A stretch of 56,619 nt of DNA from Filomicrobium sp. (GTDB lineage: Bacteria; Pseudomonadota; Alphaproteobacteria; Rhizobiales; Hyphomicrobiaceae), in contig DAOUZE010000001.1 of the NCBI GenBank assembly GCA_030665765.1, positions 1-56,619 of the forward strand, in the 5' to 3' direction. The notes under the pieces are model-generated. The model was not told the DNA's origin. It searched no databases and saw only the letters and a list, made by a program, of their open reading frames with translations. Shown piece by piece: positions 34,984-45,378 of this stretch. A program made the position numbers and the translations under genes. The stretch's first letter is position 1; each line of letters opens with the position of its first letter.

Positions 34984-36511
34984 CCTTTTCGTTCTCGCCG
35001 CCACACTGGCGCACGCCCAGACACCTGCCGAGCGGCTTTACAGTGAGCACTGCGCGGGCTGTCATGGCGACGACCGCCTTGGCGGCACGGGACCCGCACT
35101 CATTCCCGAAACCCTGAAACGGATGCGCGGCCCAGCCGTCACAAAGGTCATCACCAACGGTCGCCCGGCGACGCAGATGCCGGCCTTTTCCAGGGTGATG
35201 ACAGGTGATGAAATCACCGCCCTGGAAAAATACGTTAAGTCTCCACTGGCTAGCTTGCCGAGGTGGACGGTCGCTGAAATTGAACAAAGCCGATCGCTCG
35301 CCGCTGATTACGAGCCAGCCACGCAGCCGGTCTTCAAGGCCGACCCACTCAATATTTTCCTGGTTGTCGAAACCGGCGATCACCATGTCTCGGTCCTCGA
35401 AGGGGAGACGTTTGAGAGGCTTGTGCGTTTCCCGACCCCGTTTGCGGTGCACGGCGGTCCCAAGTTTTCTCCCGACGGCCGGTTTGTCTTCATCATGTCG
35501 CGCGACGGTTGGGTGCAAAAGTACGATCTTTGGTCGCTAAAGGAAGTCGGCCGTATTCGCGCCGGTCTCAACTCGCGTAACATCGCTATTTCCAAGGACG
35601 GCCGCTGGCTCGCGGTCGCCAACTATCTTCCACGAACGTTGACGATTTTGGCGACGGGTGATCTGGCGGTTGCACGCATCTTCGATATCGCCGACAGCGA
35701 TGGACAGCCTTCGCGTGTGTCTGCCGTCTATCAGGCTCCGACGCGTGACAGTTTCATACTCGCTCTCAAGGATGTCGCCGAGATCTGGGAAATAGCGACC
35801 AATCCAAACGCCGAACCCGTCAACGCGGGTTTCGTACACAGCCACGAAAAGGGCATGGCGGAAGCGCTGCCGTCAGCCGACGGCCTGTTTGCACGTCGCC
35901 GCATCAAGGTCTCCGAACCCATCGACGACTTCTTCTTCGATCCGCCATACCGTCACCTCATCGGCGCCGCCCGTGATGGCAGTAAGGGTGTCGTTGTCAA
36001 CTTGACGGCCGGCCATGAAATCGCTGAGCTGCCGCTTCCGGGCATGCCGCATTTGGGTTCGGGAATAAGCTGGATGCGCGATGGCCGCCGTGTGATGGCG
36101 ACACCGCATCTAAGAGAGGGCAAGCTCAGCGTCATTAGTGTTGACGATTGGACTCCCCTTGCAACCATCAAGACCGAGGGGCCGGGCTTTTTCCTGAGGT
36201 CCCACGAAAACTCGCGATATGTCTGGGCCGACGTATTCTTCGGCCCCAACAAGGACGCGATGCATATAATCGACAAGCAGACGTTGAAGATTGTGAAGAC
36301 CTTGCGTCCGGTTCCCGGTGCAACCGTGGCCCATGTCGAGTTCGACCGGTACGGCCGCTACGCGCTTGTTTCGGTCTGGGAGGATGATGGTGCCGTCATC
36401 GTCTATGACGCCGAGACCCTAGAAGAACTGAAGCGGCTGCCGATGCGTAAGCCTTCTGGCAAGTATAATGTCTGGAATAAAATCACGTTCTCGGAAGGAA
36501 CGAGCCACTGA
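34958..36511 (+). CDS. nirN: NirN (c-heme plus beta-propeller, dihydro-heme d1 dehydrogenase)
   Basis: [58 protein letters not shown]. Confidence 0.92.
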   Translation: MIPRIASFSLFVLAATLAHAQTPAERLYSEHCAGCHGDDRLGGTGPALIPETLKRMRGPAVTKVITNGRPATQMPAFSRVMTGDEITALEKYVKSPLASLPRWTVAEIEQSRSLAADYEPATQPVFKADPLNIFLVVETGDHHVSVLEGETFERLVRFPTPFAVHGGPKFSPDGRFVFIMSRDGWVQKYDLWSLKEVGRIRAGLNSRNIAISKDGRWLAVANYLPRTLTILATGDLAVARIFDIADSDGQPSRVSAVYQAPTRDSFILALKDVAEIWEIATNPNAEPVNAGFVHSHEKGMAEALPSADGLFARRRIKVSEPIDDFFFDPPYRHLIGAARDGSKGVVVNLTAGHEIAELPLPGMPHLGSGISWMRDGRRVMATPHLREGKLSVISVDDWTPLATIKTEGPGFFLRSHENSRYVWADVFFGPNKDAMHIIDKQTLKIVKTLRPVPGATVAHVEFDRYGRYALVSVWEDDGAVIVYDAETLEELKRLPMRKPSGKYNVWNKITFSEGTSH

Positions 36512-36533
36512 TATCGATCCGCTGGAGACCCGC

Positions 36534-37262
36534 GTGAGCGAAACAACTCTTGCCGTTATTGTCGCGCACGGCGCACCAAGTGATCCCCGCCCTCTCGATC
36601 AAGTTGTAAAACAACTCGCAAAGCGGGTTGAAGCGTTTACATGCGGCTATCATGTCGTCGGGGCCACACTCGCGATGCCGGGATCTCTGGAAGCAGAGCT
36701 TGAGCATGCAACTCCATCGCAGACAACGGTGATCTATCCGTTCTTCATGAGCACAGGATGGTTTGTCAGTAAAGAGCTGCCTAGGCGCGTATCAACGGCA
36801 ATTGCCAACCCCGTCGACTTCTTACAGCCGTTTGGGCTGGATCTTAGTCTCCCCGCCCTTTGCATTCAGCGCGCCAGTGATGCCGCCGGAGCATGCGATC
36901 AGGCACCGGATGCGACGGTTCTCGTTCTTGCCGCGCATGGTTCGCAGAAGGGGCCGGCCTCGGCCCAAGCGGCGCGCGCCATCCAGGAGAGCATCACAGA
37001 CACCGGCACCTTTGCCGAAGTGCGTCTGGGCTTCGTTGAGGAAAACCCGACGATTTCGCAGGCCGCAGCCGGCCTGACGAATTCGCCTGCCGTGTGTTTG
37101 CCTCTCTTCGCGACGACAGCCGGCCACGTTCAAGCTGACATTCCCGAGCAGCTTGCTGCCGCAAATTTCCAGGGAACCTTGATGCCGCCGATTGGAGAGG
37201 ACGACGAAGTTCCCCGCCTCATTGCGGCAGCCTTGGCAAAAGCGAACCAGCCCGCGGGTTGA
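36534..37262 (+). CDS. CbiX/SirB-family chelatase-like protein
   Basis: Two repeats VAHG...YPFFM..GWF and AAHGS...GFVEE.P...LPLF...GHV..DIP; GTG after GGAG. Confidence 0.78.
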   Translation: MSETTLAVIVAHGAPSDPRPLDQVVKQLAKRVEAFTCGYHVVGATLAMPGSLEAELEHATPSQTTVIYPFFMSTGWFVSKELPRRVSTAIANPVDFLQPFGLDLSLPALCIQRASDAAGACDQAPDATVLVLAAHGSQKGPASAQAARAIQESITDTGTFAEVRLGFVEENPTISQAAAGLTNSPAVCLPLFATTAGHVQADIPEQLAAANFQGTLMPPIGEDDEVPRLIAAALAKANQPAG

Positions 37263-37306
37263 CTTGACCACTGAAGCTAACCTGCGTTGCACGTTGAGCT
37301 GACACT

Positions 37307-38155
37307 CTATGCTTTGGAATGCTCCACGTTGTTGCGGCTGATGCGCCCAAAGCTAGCTGCGATCGCCGCCCCAAATAATGCTGCGTAGGCGGAGACATAA
37401 AGCCAGAGTAGAAAAGCGATCGAGCCCGTCAAGGCTCCGTAAATCGAATGCCACGACGCTTTCTCTGCGTACAGATCAAATAGTGCAATTCCCAGAATCC
37501 ATGTCAGCGACCCTCCTACTGCTCCTTTCAGGCAATCCATTGTCGAGGCGGTCGACCGAGCTAGAGTGACCCGGTATATCGTCAGGAGGCCACCGCATAT
37601 GCCTACGCCGGCAGTGCACCAGATGAACATCTCGGTCTGGATGTAATCGATCGGGCTCCGTGCAAAACTACTACTCTCCGCAGAAACGATGCGAACCAAG
37701 ACAATGTAGCCCAGCATCGCGCTCACAATGATTCCGATAAACAAGAAGCTGAGCAGCAACGACTGAAATTGATAGCCAACAATGCCCGGTTGGTTCTTCT
37801 GTCCAGAGACAAGGTAGATGCCGGAAATAAGTGCCTTCCAGCCGGACATTGAACTCCAAACAGTTAGAGCTGTGGCCAGCATAATCGCCGGCGTCAAATG
37901 ATGGGGAGCTGATCTCGCCAGCGCGGAGAGCTCGATTACGATTAGGTCGTAGACACGGCTTGGGACCACATGTTTGACGGTGTCGGCAAGAGCGATGGTC
38001 TCCTCAGGAACCGATACGAACCCGTAGATCAAGACCGCCAGAGCCAGCGTTGGAAAGATTGACAAGACACCGAAGAATGCCAGCCCACCGGCCAGCACCG
38101 GTACATCCCGTTGCCAGAGACGATCGGCAGCGTGCCTCAAAACCTCAAGCAGCAA
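37307..38155 (-). CDS. YihY/virulence factor BrkB family membrane protein
   Basis: AGGLAFF..LSIFP, IYGAL...I.FLLWLY.SA...LFGA. Confidence 0.8.
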   Translation of the reverse strand: MLLEVLRHAADRLWQRDVPVLAGGLAFFGVLSIFPTLALAVLIYGFVSVPEETIALADTVKHVVPSRVYDLIVIELSALARSAPHHLTPAIMLATALTVWSSMSGWKALISGIYLVSGQKNQPGIVGYQFQSLLLSFLFIGIIVSAMLGYIVLVRIVSAESSSFARSPIDYIQTEMFIWCTAGVGICGGLLTIYRVTLARSTASTMDCLKGAVGGSLTWILGIALFDLYAEKASWHSIYGALTGSIAFLLWLYVSAYAALFGAAIAASFGRISRNNVEHSKA

Positions 38156-38513
38156 ATGGAAACACCCGCTTCAAACACTTAAACTAAAAACCCCAATCAG
38201 TCGCGCCGCGTGCTGCAGCAGCCAATCACTCCGTTGGGTTTCCGAATCCCGATGAAAATTACTGCCGGGTCTGATCAAGCCTATTTCGCGTCCTCCATAC
38301 GGACGAGGGCTAACCCAATTAAACCCACAATGAAAATCACTACAGATCTTAACCCCATACTTGTCAGGGAGTGCTGCCGTCCAATCGACAGATCGGCCTT
38401 GCCGATGCCGATGCGCGTTGCGGCCGAGACACTAATCGATTACCACCGGCCTGGTTCAACGTCAAAACAGCCCCCTGCAGCGGTAGGCGCCCTGAGAGAG
38501 GAAAGTTGACCCG

Positions 38514-39755
38514 ATGACTTCTCAAAAGAACAACGTGCCCTCGCGAAGCCCTAGCAGTCACCAACTATCCAGCATGGTCAGCGACTTCCTCGCGATGGAG
38601 ACGGCCGGCGGGATCGTTCTCGTCATCGCGTCGGTTCTCGCGTTGATATGTGCGAACAGCGTTCTAGGGCCGGCGTACAATTCGTTCTTAGACACGCGGG
38701 TCGCCATTGAAATCGGCGCTCTGGAAATCGCCAAGCCACTGCTTCTCTGGATCAACGACGGTCTTATGGCCGTATTCTTCTTCCTGGTCGGACTTGAAAT
38801 CAAGCGCGAGTTCAAGATCGGGGAATTGTCGACCTTCAAACAAATCAGCCTTCCCGGGATAGCCGCCATTGGTGGCATGGTTGTCCCCGCGCTGATCTAC
38901 GTCGCAATAAACTGGGACTCTCCGCAAAACCTGAATGGTTGGGCTATTCCGGCAGCAACAGACATCGCCTTTGCCCTAGCCGTGTTAGCGCTGCTCGGCG
39001 ATCGCGTACCATCATCCCTGAAGGTGCTGCTGCTTGCGATCGCGATCTTCGATGACCTAGGTGCTATCATCATTATCGCAATTTTTTACACCTACCAGCT
39101 CTCGCTGCAGTCGCTTGCACTCGCGCTTCTCCCACTCGCTGGCCTCCTCATTTTAAATTTACGTGGGGTGACGAAAACCGCACCCTACGTTGTGCTGGGC
39201 ATTGTTCTGTGGGTCTGTGTTCTGAAGTCGGGTGTTCACGCAACGCTGGCGGGTGTCATTACCGCGATGGCGATCCCGCTGATCAAGCCGCAAGGCTCCT
39301 CCCACACGCTATTAGAAGATTTGGAGCATGGACTGCACCGCTGGGTCGCGTTCGGTATTCTACCGCTATTCGCTTTCGCCAACGCCGGTGTGTCGTTCGC
39401 CGGGATCAGCCTGGAAAGCTTTGTCGAACCGGTCAAACTCGGGATCTCGCTTGGTCTGTTTATTGGCAAACAGATCGGAGTGTTCGGCCTCTTATGGCTC
39501 GCCATCACACTCGGCCTGGCAGCCATGCCAAAAGGCGTCAACTGGATGCAGCTCTATGGAGTGTCGCTGCTTACCGGAATTGGGTTCACGATGAGCTTGT
39601 TTATAGGCTCATTGGCTTTCGAGCATAGCGACTTTGATGCGCCGATCCGGCTTGGTGTGATTGTTGGGTCGCTACTTAGCGCCGTTGTCGGCTTTGCCTT
39701 ATTGAGGTACGAGGGCTCGATCAGGCAGGCTGCGAAAGCCCCGCAAGGACGGTGA
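38514..39755 (+). CDS. nhaA: Na+/H+ antiporter NhaA
   Basis: WINDGLMAVFFFLVGLEIKRE, GWAIPAATDIAFAL, AIFDDLGA, KSGVHATLAGV, GIGFTMSLFI. Confidence 0.96.
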   Translation: MTSQKNNVPSRSPSSHQLSSMVSDFLAMETAGGIVLVIASVLALICANSVLGPAYNSFLDTRVAIEIGALEIAKPLLLWINDGLMAVFFFLVGLEIKREFKIGELSTFKQISLPGIAAIGGMVVPALIYVAINWDSPQNLNGWAIPAATDIAFALAVLALLGDRVPSSLKVLLLAIAIFDDLGAIIIIAIFYTYQLSLQSLALALLPLAGLLILNLRGVTKTAPYVVLGIVLWVCVLKSGVHATLAGVITAMAIPLIKPQGSSHTLLEDLEHGLHRWVAFGILPLFAFANAGVSFAGISLESFVEPVKLGISLGLFIGKQIGVFGLLWLAITLGLAAMPKGVNWMQLYGVSLLTGIGFTMSLFIGSLAFEHSDFDAPIRLGVIVGSLLSAVVGFALLRYEGSIRQAAKAPQGR

Positions 39756-39938
39756 GGGCAGGTCATAGTGTGATGCAACGAGGGGACTTGCACTAACCGT
39801 TTACCGCCAGACCTGAAGCCCGTTCTGCACAGACGGCAACGCCATTAGTGCAGACGCGCTTCGCCGCCTTTTAGGATGCGGAGAGTTACCAGCATTCGGG
39901 ACGGAAGCGGGTAGGCTCCCATCTAGAATAAGCACACG

Positions 39939-41162
39939 CTAAGGGGTGACCACAGCCTGGTACATGGATGACGTCTTTGGTGCGGCCGTCGCGCGAAGCT
40001 CCCCGTCACGATCGTAAAGATCATTGCGAAACTGCACGCGCCCGTTCTCAACCCATGCGGTCAGATAGATGAAATGCACCGGCACGGACTTGGGTAACTT
40101 GATTGTTTCACGCTTGCCGGCGGCAATCGATTGCCCGATTCTGTCGCGCGTCCAGCCCTTATGGCCATCGATAAGCCAAGCCGCGATATCAAGCACCGAC
40201 TGGACCCGAACACAGCCCGCGCTGTAGGCGCGTTCGTATGCGTTATAGAGCTGCTTCATAGGCGTATCGTGCATGTAAACGATGTGCTTGTTAGGCATGT
40301 CGAGCCTGACGACACCAAGGGCATTAAACGCTCCGGGGTCTTGCCGAAAAACGTAGCGTTTCGTTTGAGGTCCCCACCAGTTCACCGTCGAGGGATCGAT
40401 CTCTTCTCCGCCGAACGAGGAGAATACGCGGATGCGTTGTTTGAACAGGTAGGCAGGATCCTTGCGGATGGCAGGAACAAGCGCTCTCTGTGCAATGCTT
40501 CCCGGAACATGCCAGTAGGGCAGCAGATTGACAGCGCGGATCGAAGCACTGACCGTAGGTGTCGGCGTCTGCCGTTTGCCGACAATCGTCCTGCTGGTAA
40601 TCTCCACACGTCCATTGGAAATGCCCTGCACTTCAAAGCTTGACGCGTTCATCAGCAAATAGCGCTTGGTTGTCAGTTTCGGCAACAGCTCTTGCATCCG
40701 AGCTAGGTTGGAGCGCAACTGCTTCAAACGGTAGTTCACCGACGCGTTGAGCGACCGCAATGTAACGCCGAAAACTTTGCCCGTGGGTTGCAAGCCGTTG
40801 CGTACCTGATATCTGATTACGGCTGCCTTGACGTCTTGGTCAAACTCATAGGCGTCAGGAATATTGGCCGCCAAATCACCGGTGGACTTCAATCGTCGAC
40901 GCAGTGTCAGCACGTTCTGGTCGCTGTCGCCTGGCCGAAGTGCAATCCGCCCCGGCAACATCGGCCAACCACCAGCCTGTGCGATCCGTTTATAGTACTG
41001 AATCGCTGCGCTGAGTTGCTGCACTGCTTGCTGGCTGACGAATAGGTTGTTTGTTGGCGGTGGTGGTAAACGACTGCGGGACGCCACCGCAACGCTATGA
41101 AAAGAACCAGCGAAAACCACAACACCAAAGAGCCAGTAAATCGAACGAACTCGTTTCAACAT
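39939..41162 (-). CDS. L,D-transpeptidase with peptidoglycan-binding domain (YcbB/LdtD-like)
   Basis: LRRRL...GDL, AV..YQ.RNGL, PYWHVP.SI, RQDPG..NALG, YMHDTP...SAGCVRV. Confidence 0.88.
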   Translation of the reverse strand: MLKRVRSIYWLFGVVVFAGSFHSVAVASRSRLPPPPTNNLFVSQQAVQQLSAAIQYYKRIAQAGGWPMLPGRIALRPGDSDQNVLTLRRRLKSTGDLAANIPDAYEFDQDVKAAVIRYQVRNGLQPTGKVFGVTLRSLNASVNYRLKQLRSNLARMQELLPKLTTKRYLLMNASSFEVQGISNGRVEITSRTIVGKRQTPTPTVSASIRAVNLLPYWHVPGSIAQRALVPAIRKDPAYLFKQRIRVFSSFGGEEIDPSTVNWWGPQTKRYVFRQDPGAFNALGVVRLDMPNKHIVYMHDTPMKQLYNAYERAYSAGCVRVQSVLDIAAWLIDGHKGWTRDRIGQSIAAGKRETIKLPKSVPVHFIYLTAWVENGRVQFRNDLYDRDGELRATAAPKTSSMYQAVVTP

Positions 41163-41202
41163 TGCATAAACCTAACGCTACTTTTTACCCAACCGGTGAC
41201 AC

Positions 41203-42792
41203 TCACCACATCGGCGGTGCGAACAATAACCCGCCTCTTTTCCAGAGTGCATTCATGCCCCGATCCATGCCGATCGGGCTGGATTTTCCAATGTTTGCTT
41301 CGAAGACTTCGCCGTAGTTCCCGACACCGGAAACAACGAGACGCAACCAGTTATCGGCGAGCCCAAGACGTTTGCCGCTTTGGCCCGCACCGTCCACGAG
41401 CCGCTTCATGTCGCCGTCGAGGTCACCTTCCGCACTGGCCTTCTCACGCGTCAACCGAACTTCCTCGGCATTTATCAGACCCGCGAGTGTCCAACGGACA
41501 ATCTCAATCCACCCGCGGTCGTCCTGGCGGACGACGGGGCCCAACGGTTCCTTCGAGATCGTCTCAGGAAGTACTTCGTGCGTGTCGGGAGCAGCAAGCC
41601 CGGCCCGGTCGGAAAGAAGCGCCGAGCGGTCCGCCGTGTAGGCATCGCACGCGCCGGCCTCGTAGGCCGCGAGGAGTTCGGCTTTGTTCACGAACACAAT
41701 CTTCTCAGCTTTGATCTCTAAGTTCTTGAGGTAGTAGTCGAGGTTAGCTTCGCTAGTCGTGCCGGACTGCACGCAAACCTTCAGTCCATCGAGCTGCTGG
41801 GCCGATACAAGTCCACGGTCGTGCCGGGTGAGAAAGCCCTGCCCGTCAAAATAGGAAACACCGGCGAACTCGACACCGAGTTCAATCACCCGGCTCATCG
41901 TCCAAGTCGTATTGCGGGACAGCAGATCAATCCGACCCTGCTGCAAAGCCGTGAATCGTTCGTCCGCGCCAAGTGGCAGGAACGCAACCTTGTCGGCACT
42001 TCCGAGCACGGCGATGGCAACTGCTCGGCAGAAATCGACATCAATTCCCTGCCACTCACCAACGCCGCTGAGCGCCGAGAAGCCAAGTAGCTCCGTGTTC
42101 ACACCGCAGTTTAGAACGCCGCGATCTCTAACTTTCTTCAGCGTCGTTTGCTTGGTTTCCGTCGTGACAGCAGTCTCATTTTCGGATGCGGCTGGTTCTT
42201 CGGCGGCGTCTTTTTTTGAGGCAGCCGCCGTTTCAGCAGCAAGCGTTTGCTCAGCGGTGTCCAGCTGCTCCGAGGTCACCGAAGGTTCATCGGCTGCACC
42301 CGAATTCTGAGGCGTCGCCGGCGAAGTGCTGCTGTCATCGGCAGAGGTCTTGACGCTATCCGTAGCAACCGTGCTGTCGTCGGTTGTGGTCTTCACGTCG
42401 TCCGAAGAAGCGCTGCTGTCGCCCGTCGTACCATCACTGCCGGCAAGTTGTGGTCTAGGGGCTCTCGCCGGACCGGGGATGGGCCCCTTCGGCGCGTAGC
42501 TTGGAGCGATGTACTCTTCATCTTCGTACTCTTCGTCCAAAGGCCGGCGACCACATTTGTTTTCATCAACGTTCGTGAATTGTCCGGCCGAATCTCCTTT
42601 GACTTGGCAGGAGCATGGACCATCGGGCCCTTCCCGAAAGGCGCATAATTTATAATCGACGGCCTGCGCCTCAACGGCCAATTGGACGGACAATATCAGC
42701 CCCAATCCGACGATCAGTCTACCAAGCCACGAACGCGGCGCCTGAATGCGCATTCGGCCAACTGCAGATAGTCCATCAAACAAACTATGCAC
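41203..42792 (-). CDS. General L-amino acid ABC substrate-binding protein (AapJ/BztA-like) with long N-terminal extension
   Basis: C-terminal domain TLKKVRDRGVLNCGV, G.DVDFCRAVA, LSRNTTWT, ISKEPLGP, VGNYGE, RG.NALW..GGL.FAPP; GTG start at 42792 after GGAGAGGGG, uncertain. Confidence 0.85.
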   Translation of the reverse strand: MHSLFDGLSAVGRMRIQAPRSWLGRLIVGLGLILSVQLAVEAQAVDYKLCAFREGPDGPCSCQVKGDSAGQFTNVDENKCGRRPLDEEYEDEEYIAPSYAPKGPIPGPARAPRPQLAGSDGTTGDSSASSDDVKTTTDDSTVATDSVKTSADDSSTSPATPQNSGAADEPSVTSEQLDTAEQTLAAETAAASKKDAAEEPAASENETAVTTETKQTTLKKVRDRGVLNCGVNTELLGFSALSGVGEWQGIDVDFCRAVAIAVLGSADKVAFLPLGADERFTALQQGRIDLLSRNTTWTMSRVIELGVEFAGVSYFDGQGFLTRHDRGLVSAQQLDGLKVCVQSGTTSEANLDYYLKNLEIKAEKIVFVNKAELLAAYEAGACDAYTADRSALLSDRAGLAAPDTHEVLPETISKEPLGPVVRQDDRGWIEIVRWTLAGLINAEEVRLTREKASAEGDLDGDMKRLVDGAGQSGKRLGLADNWLRLVVSGVGNYGEVFEANIGKSSPIGMDRGMNALWKRGGLLFAPPMW

Positions 42793-43283
42793 TGTCCCCT
42801 CTCCCGGGCGCCCGGCCCTCAAACGACCTAATCTCAATGACCTAAAGCTAGAATATGATCAATCTGATTACCGATATTCGCGGCGGCCCCACTATCGCGC
42901 ATCGATCCATGTAGATAGCCTCATTAGCGGCTCTTGCAGGCGCGAGCAATATTTGCTCCCGACTTATACCGAGGTCTCGCTCCAGGCTATGGATTACGTG
43001 GTGTGAGGGCTGTTGCTGACTGAGCCGCTGCTGCAGCCACGTCCCTGCTCACCCAGGCAAATAAGAGGACGTCGTGGCTTTTGCCGCTGAGTTCACTTCT
43101 TTTCGGACCCAAAATTAGGCCATATCGGACATTTTTAGGTTTTGTAAGAAGGCTATTTCTGAATCGATCCCGCCTAAAATATCACAGGGTCGGCGACCGC
43201 GGTTAGCCCCGGCACGATATCGCTCAACGGCGGGGCTACTGCGAGACGATGAAATCAACGGTAGACATCAGGAACAAGCAAGA

Positions 43284-44121
43284 ATGTCGAAACGAACTCT
43301 CAGTGTTGGAGCCGGTCTCCTCGCCACCCTAAGCGGTGTAGCAATTACGGCGTCGCTCGGCCATAGCAGGGACGGTGGTGAAGATGGCTATGGACGTTGC
43401 GGCCACGGATGCGGACACAGCCACAGCTATGGATCTGCTGGGCGTCACAGCAAAAAGGGTTTGAGGCGACTGCGCCGGGCTGATGCAAATTGCGACGGGA
43501 CGGTCACGCTCGAAAAATTTACCGCCCGGCGCCGACCATAAAGTCCGCCGCATCATGACGCGCTATGACGCGAAGGGTGATGGTAAGGTCACCAAGGATG
43601 AGTTTGCCAAGTCTCCCCGTAGACGCTTCACCACCCGAGAGATAAACGGAGACGGCACGACTAGCGACGACGAGCTTCCTACCGGTCGCGGTAAACGCGG
43701 TGATGCTGCAACCCAGCGAGGCGAGGCCGGCAACCAAGCTGTTTCCGCGGGACAGGGCAAAGGCTAGAAGCGCGGTCGCAGGCTCCGAGGACCTGATGAA
43801 AAATTCAATCGCGGCGCACGCAGCGTTGAGGACGTTCTGGAATACCGTAGTGAAAAGTTCACGCGTTACGACAGCAACGACGATGGCGTCATCGACGCTG
43901 CGGAAGCTCGCGAAATGGGCAGCAAGAGCCGCGATTGATACAAGCGGCGCCTTATGCATGTCCACGATACCAACAAGGATGGTTCAGTCTCGAAGGACGA
44001 ATTCTTGGCAAAGCCGAAAGAGCACTTTTCCATGATGGATCTGGATGGTGCGATTACGGCTAATGACCTCCCGCCGCGGATGGCACGCCGCTGCACGGAG
44101 AAAACCGACACGCAGGACTGA
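43284..44121 (+). pseudogene. Secreted multi-EF-hand protein pseudogene
   Basis: EF-hand-like loops DANCDGTVT, DAKGDGKVTKDEF, DSNDDGVIDAAE, DTNKDGSVSKDEF; frame break near 43530-43541 and in-frame stops TAG 43765 and TGA 43936. Confidence 0.75.
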
Positions 44122-44264
44122 ATAGCAAACCTAGCGCTAAGCAGAACGCGGCAAGGACCGCCGGGGGCAATCCTAGTGTTCCTTGCGTCAACCAGCATGA
44201 TAACGATTGGCACTCGCAGGCCAACTGATGCCCTTGAACAGGCCAAAGCTTTCCGCACCGCGAG

Positions 44265-44624
44265 TTAGAGCTGGGCGATTTCGAGCAAACAGAGGAACAG
44301 CAGCGCCAGTGCAAGCAGGGCCAGAATGGATCGCCCTCTTCGCGAATTCCCCGCTGCATCGAGCGCAAGCATTGTGAGGATTGCGGAGGCCGCCACCGCA
44401 TTGATGATGCCACTGCCGGCCATGCCAAGATCATGCGCTTCTGATGCACCCTCGATGTAGGTCGCACCAGCCAGGCCAACAAGAACCGCGCCAAGTAGCC
44501 TCGGCCAAAGCCCGGATTGCGGCTTAGGAAGTCCGAATACGCTGCACGCCGTCAGCGGCAACAGTAAAAGAACCAAGCCGCCAGCCAGCTTGAGCACTGT
44601 TTCGATAAAAAGGAGCTGTTGCAC
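44265..44624 (-). CDS. Hypothetical membrane protein (4 TM)
   Basis: 119 aa hydrophobic ORF, LWPRLLGAVL, GTG start. Confidence 0.65.
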   Translation of the reverse strand: MQQLLFIETVLKLAGGLVLLLLPLTACSVFGLPKPQSGLWPRLLGAVLVGLAGATYIEGASEAHDLGMAGSGIINAVAASAILTMLALDAAGNSRRGRSILALLALALLFLCLLEIAQL

Positions 44625-44680
44625 GATTGAGGTTCCAACACCGTGAACAGGTGCAACACGCCCGTCCCAGAGACCCTAGA

Positions 44681-45238
44681 CTACTTCGAGGTCTCTTCTC
44701 TTTGCTTGTCCCAGAATTCTTCCGAGCCAAAAGCAGGCCCCTTCTCAACGACGTCCTGATCGAAGAAGCCCCCAAACAAACCACCGGTGTCTTTCGCTAC
44801 CTCGACGGCAGGGGGAGAGTAGTCTCCCGCCAGCGCCTTGTTGAGAGCTGTCTTAATCACGGTGGTGCGTTTCGAGTTGCAGTAGTTGGGATCTTTCGCA
44901 GCGCCTGCCAAAACGCCGCGATAGCCGGTGTCGTAAATTCTCTCGACCTTGCCGAGATCAGTGACGGGGATTCCGCTCGCCGCCTCAGCTGCCAAATAAT
45001 TAGTCCGCAACGTCGCGGCATCGAAGTTGAAGCCGCATTTGGTCGCTCGTGCTGAGACGGTTCCAACATGCAGCGCTCGGCCGGTCGCAGTGTTATTGCT
45101 GGGAGGGGCCTTAGCGGCACTTGCCGAGTTGCCACCGATAAGTGTGCCCGTCGATAGCCCGCCGTCAGAAGAACAAGCAGCTGCGGATGCTGCAATCATA
45201 CCGATTAAACCCATGCGGAGGATCGCGCTTAAAGCCAT
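44681..45238 (-). CDS. Hypothetical lipoprotein
   Basis: Lipobox-like AAAC-SS, SARA.KCGFNFD. Confidence 0.65.
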   Translation of the reverse strand: MALSAILRMGLIGMIAASAAACSSDGGLSTGTLIGGNSASAAKAPPSNNTATGRALHVGTVSARATKCGFNFDAATLRTNYLAAEAASGIPVTDLGKVERIYDTGYRGVLAGAAKDPNYCNSKRTTVIKTALNKALAGDYSPPAVEVAKDTGGLFGGFFDQDVVEKGPAFGSEEFWDKQREETSK

Positions 45239-45378
45239 TGTCCCAAGGTCCCAGAATCAATTTCAAAGGCGTTGTCGAGCATTGCCCCAGGATCCCCCCT
45301 TGGTCAATCTGTCCCCCAAGCCAAATACCTAGGCAAATCGGTCAAAACAGTGGCTTTCCACGGCATAAACTCTCGTGC

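Noticed and set aside
34958-36511. Second nirS copy
   Set aside because: The motifs ([20 protein letters not shown] end) and the position after nirJ identify NirN.
43765-43938. Programmed readthrough or selenocysteine/pyrrolysine at the EF-hand gene stops
   Set aside because: Two different stop types, a frame break and degenerate loops are better explained by pseudogenisation.
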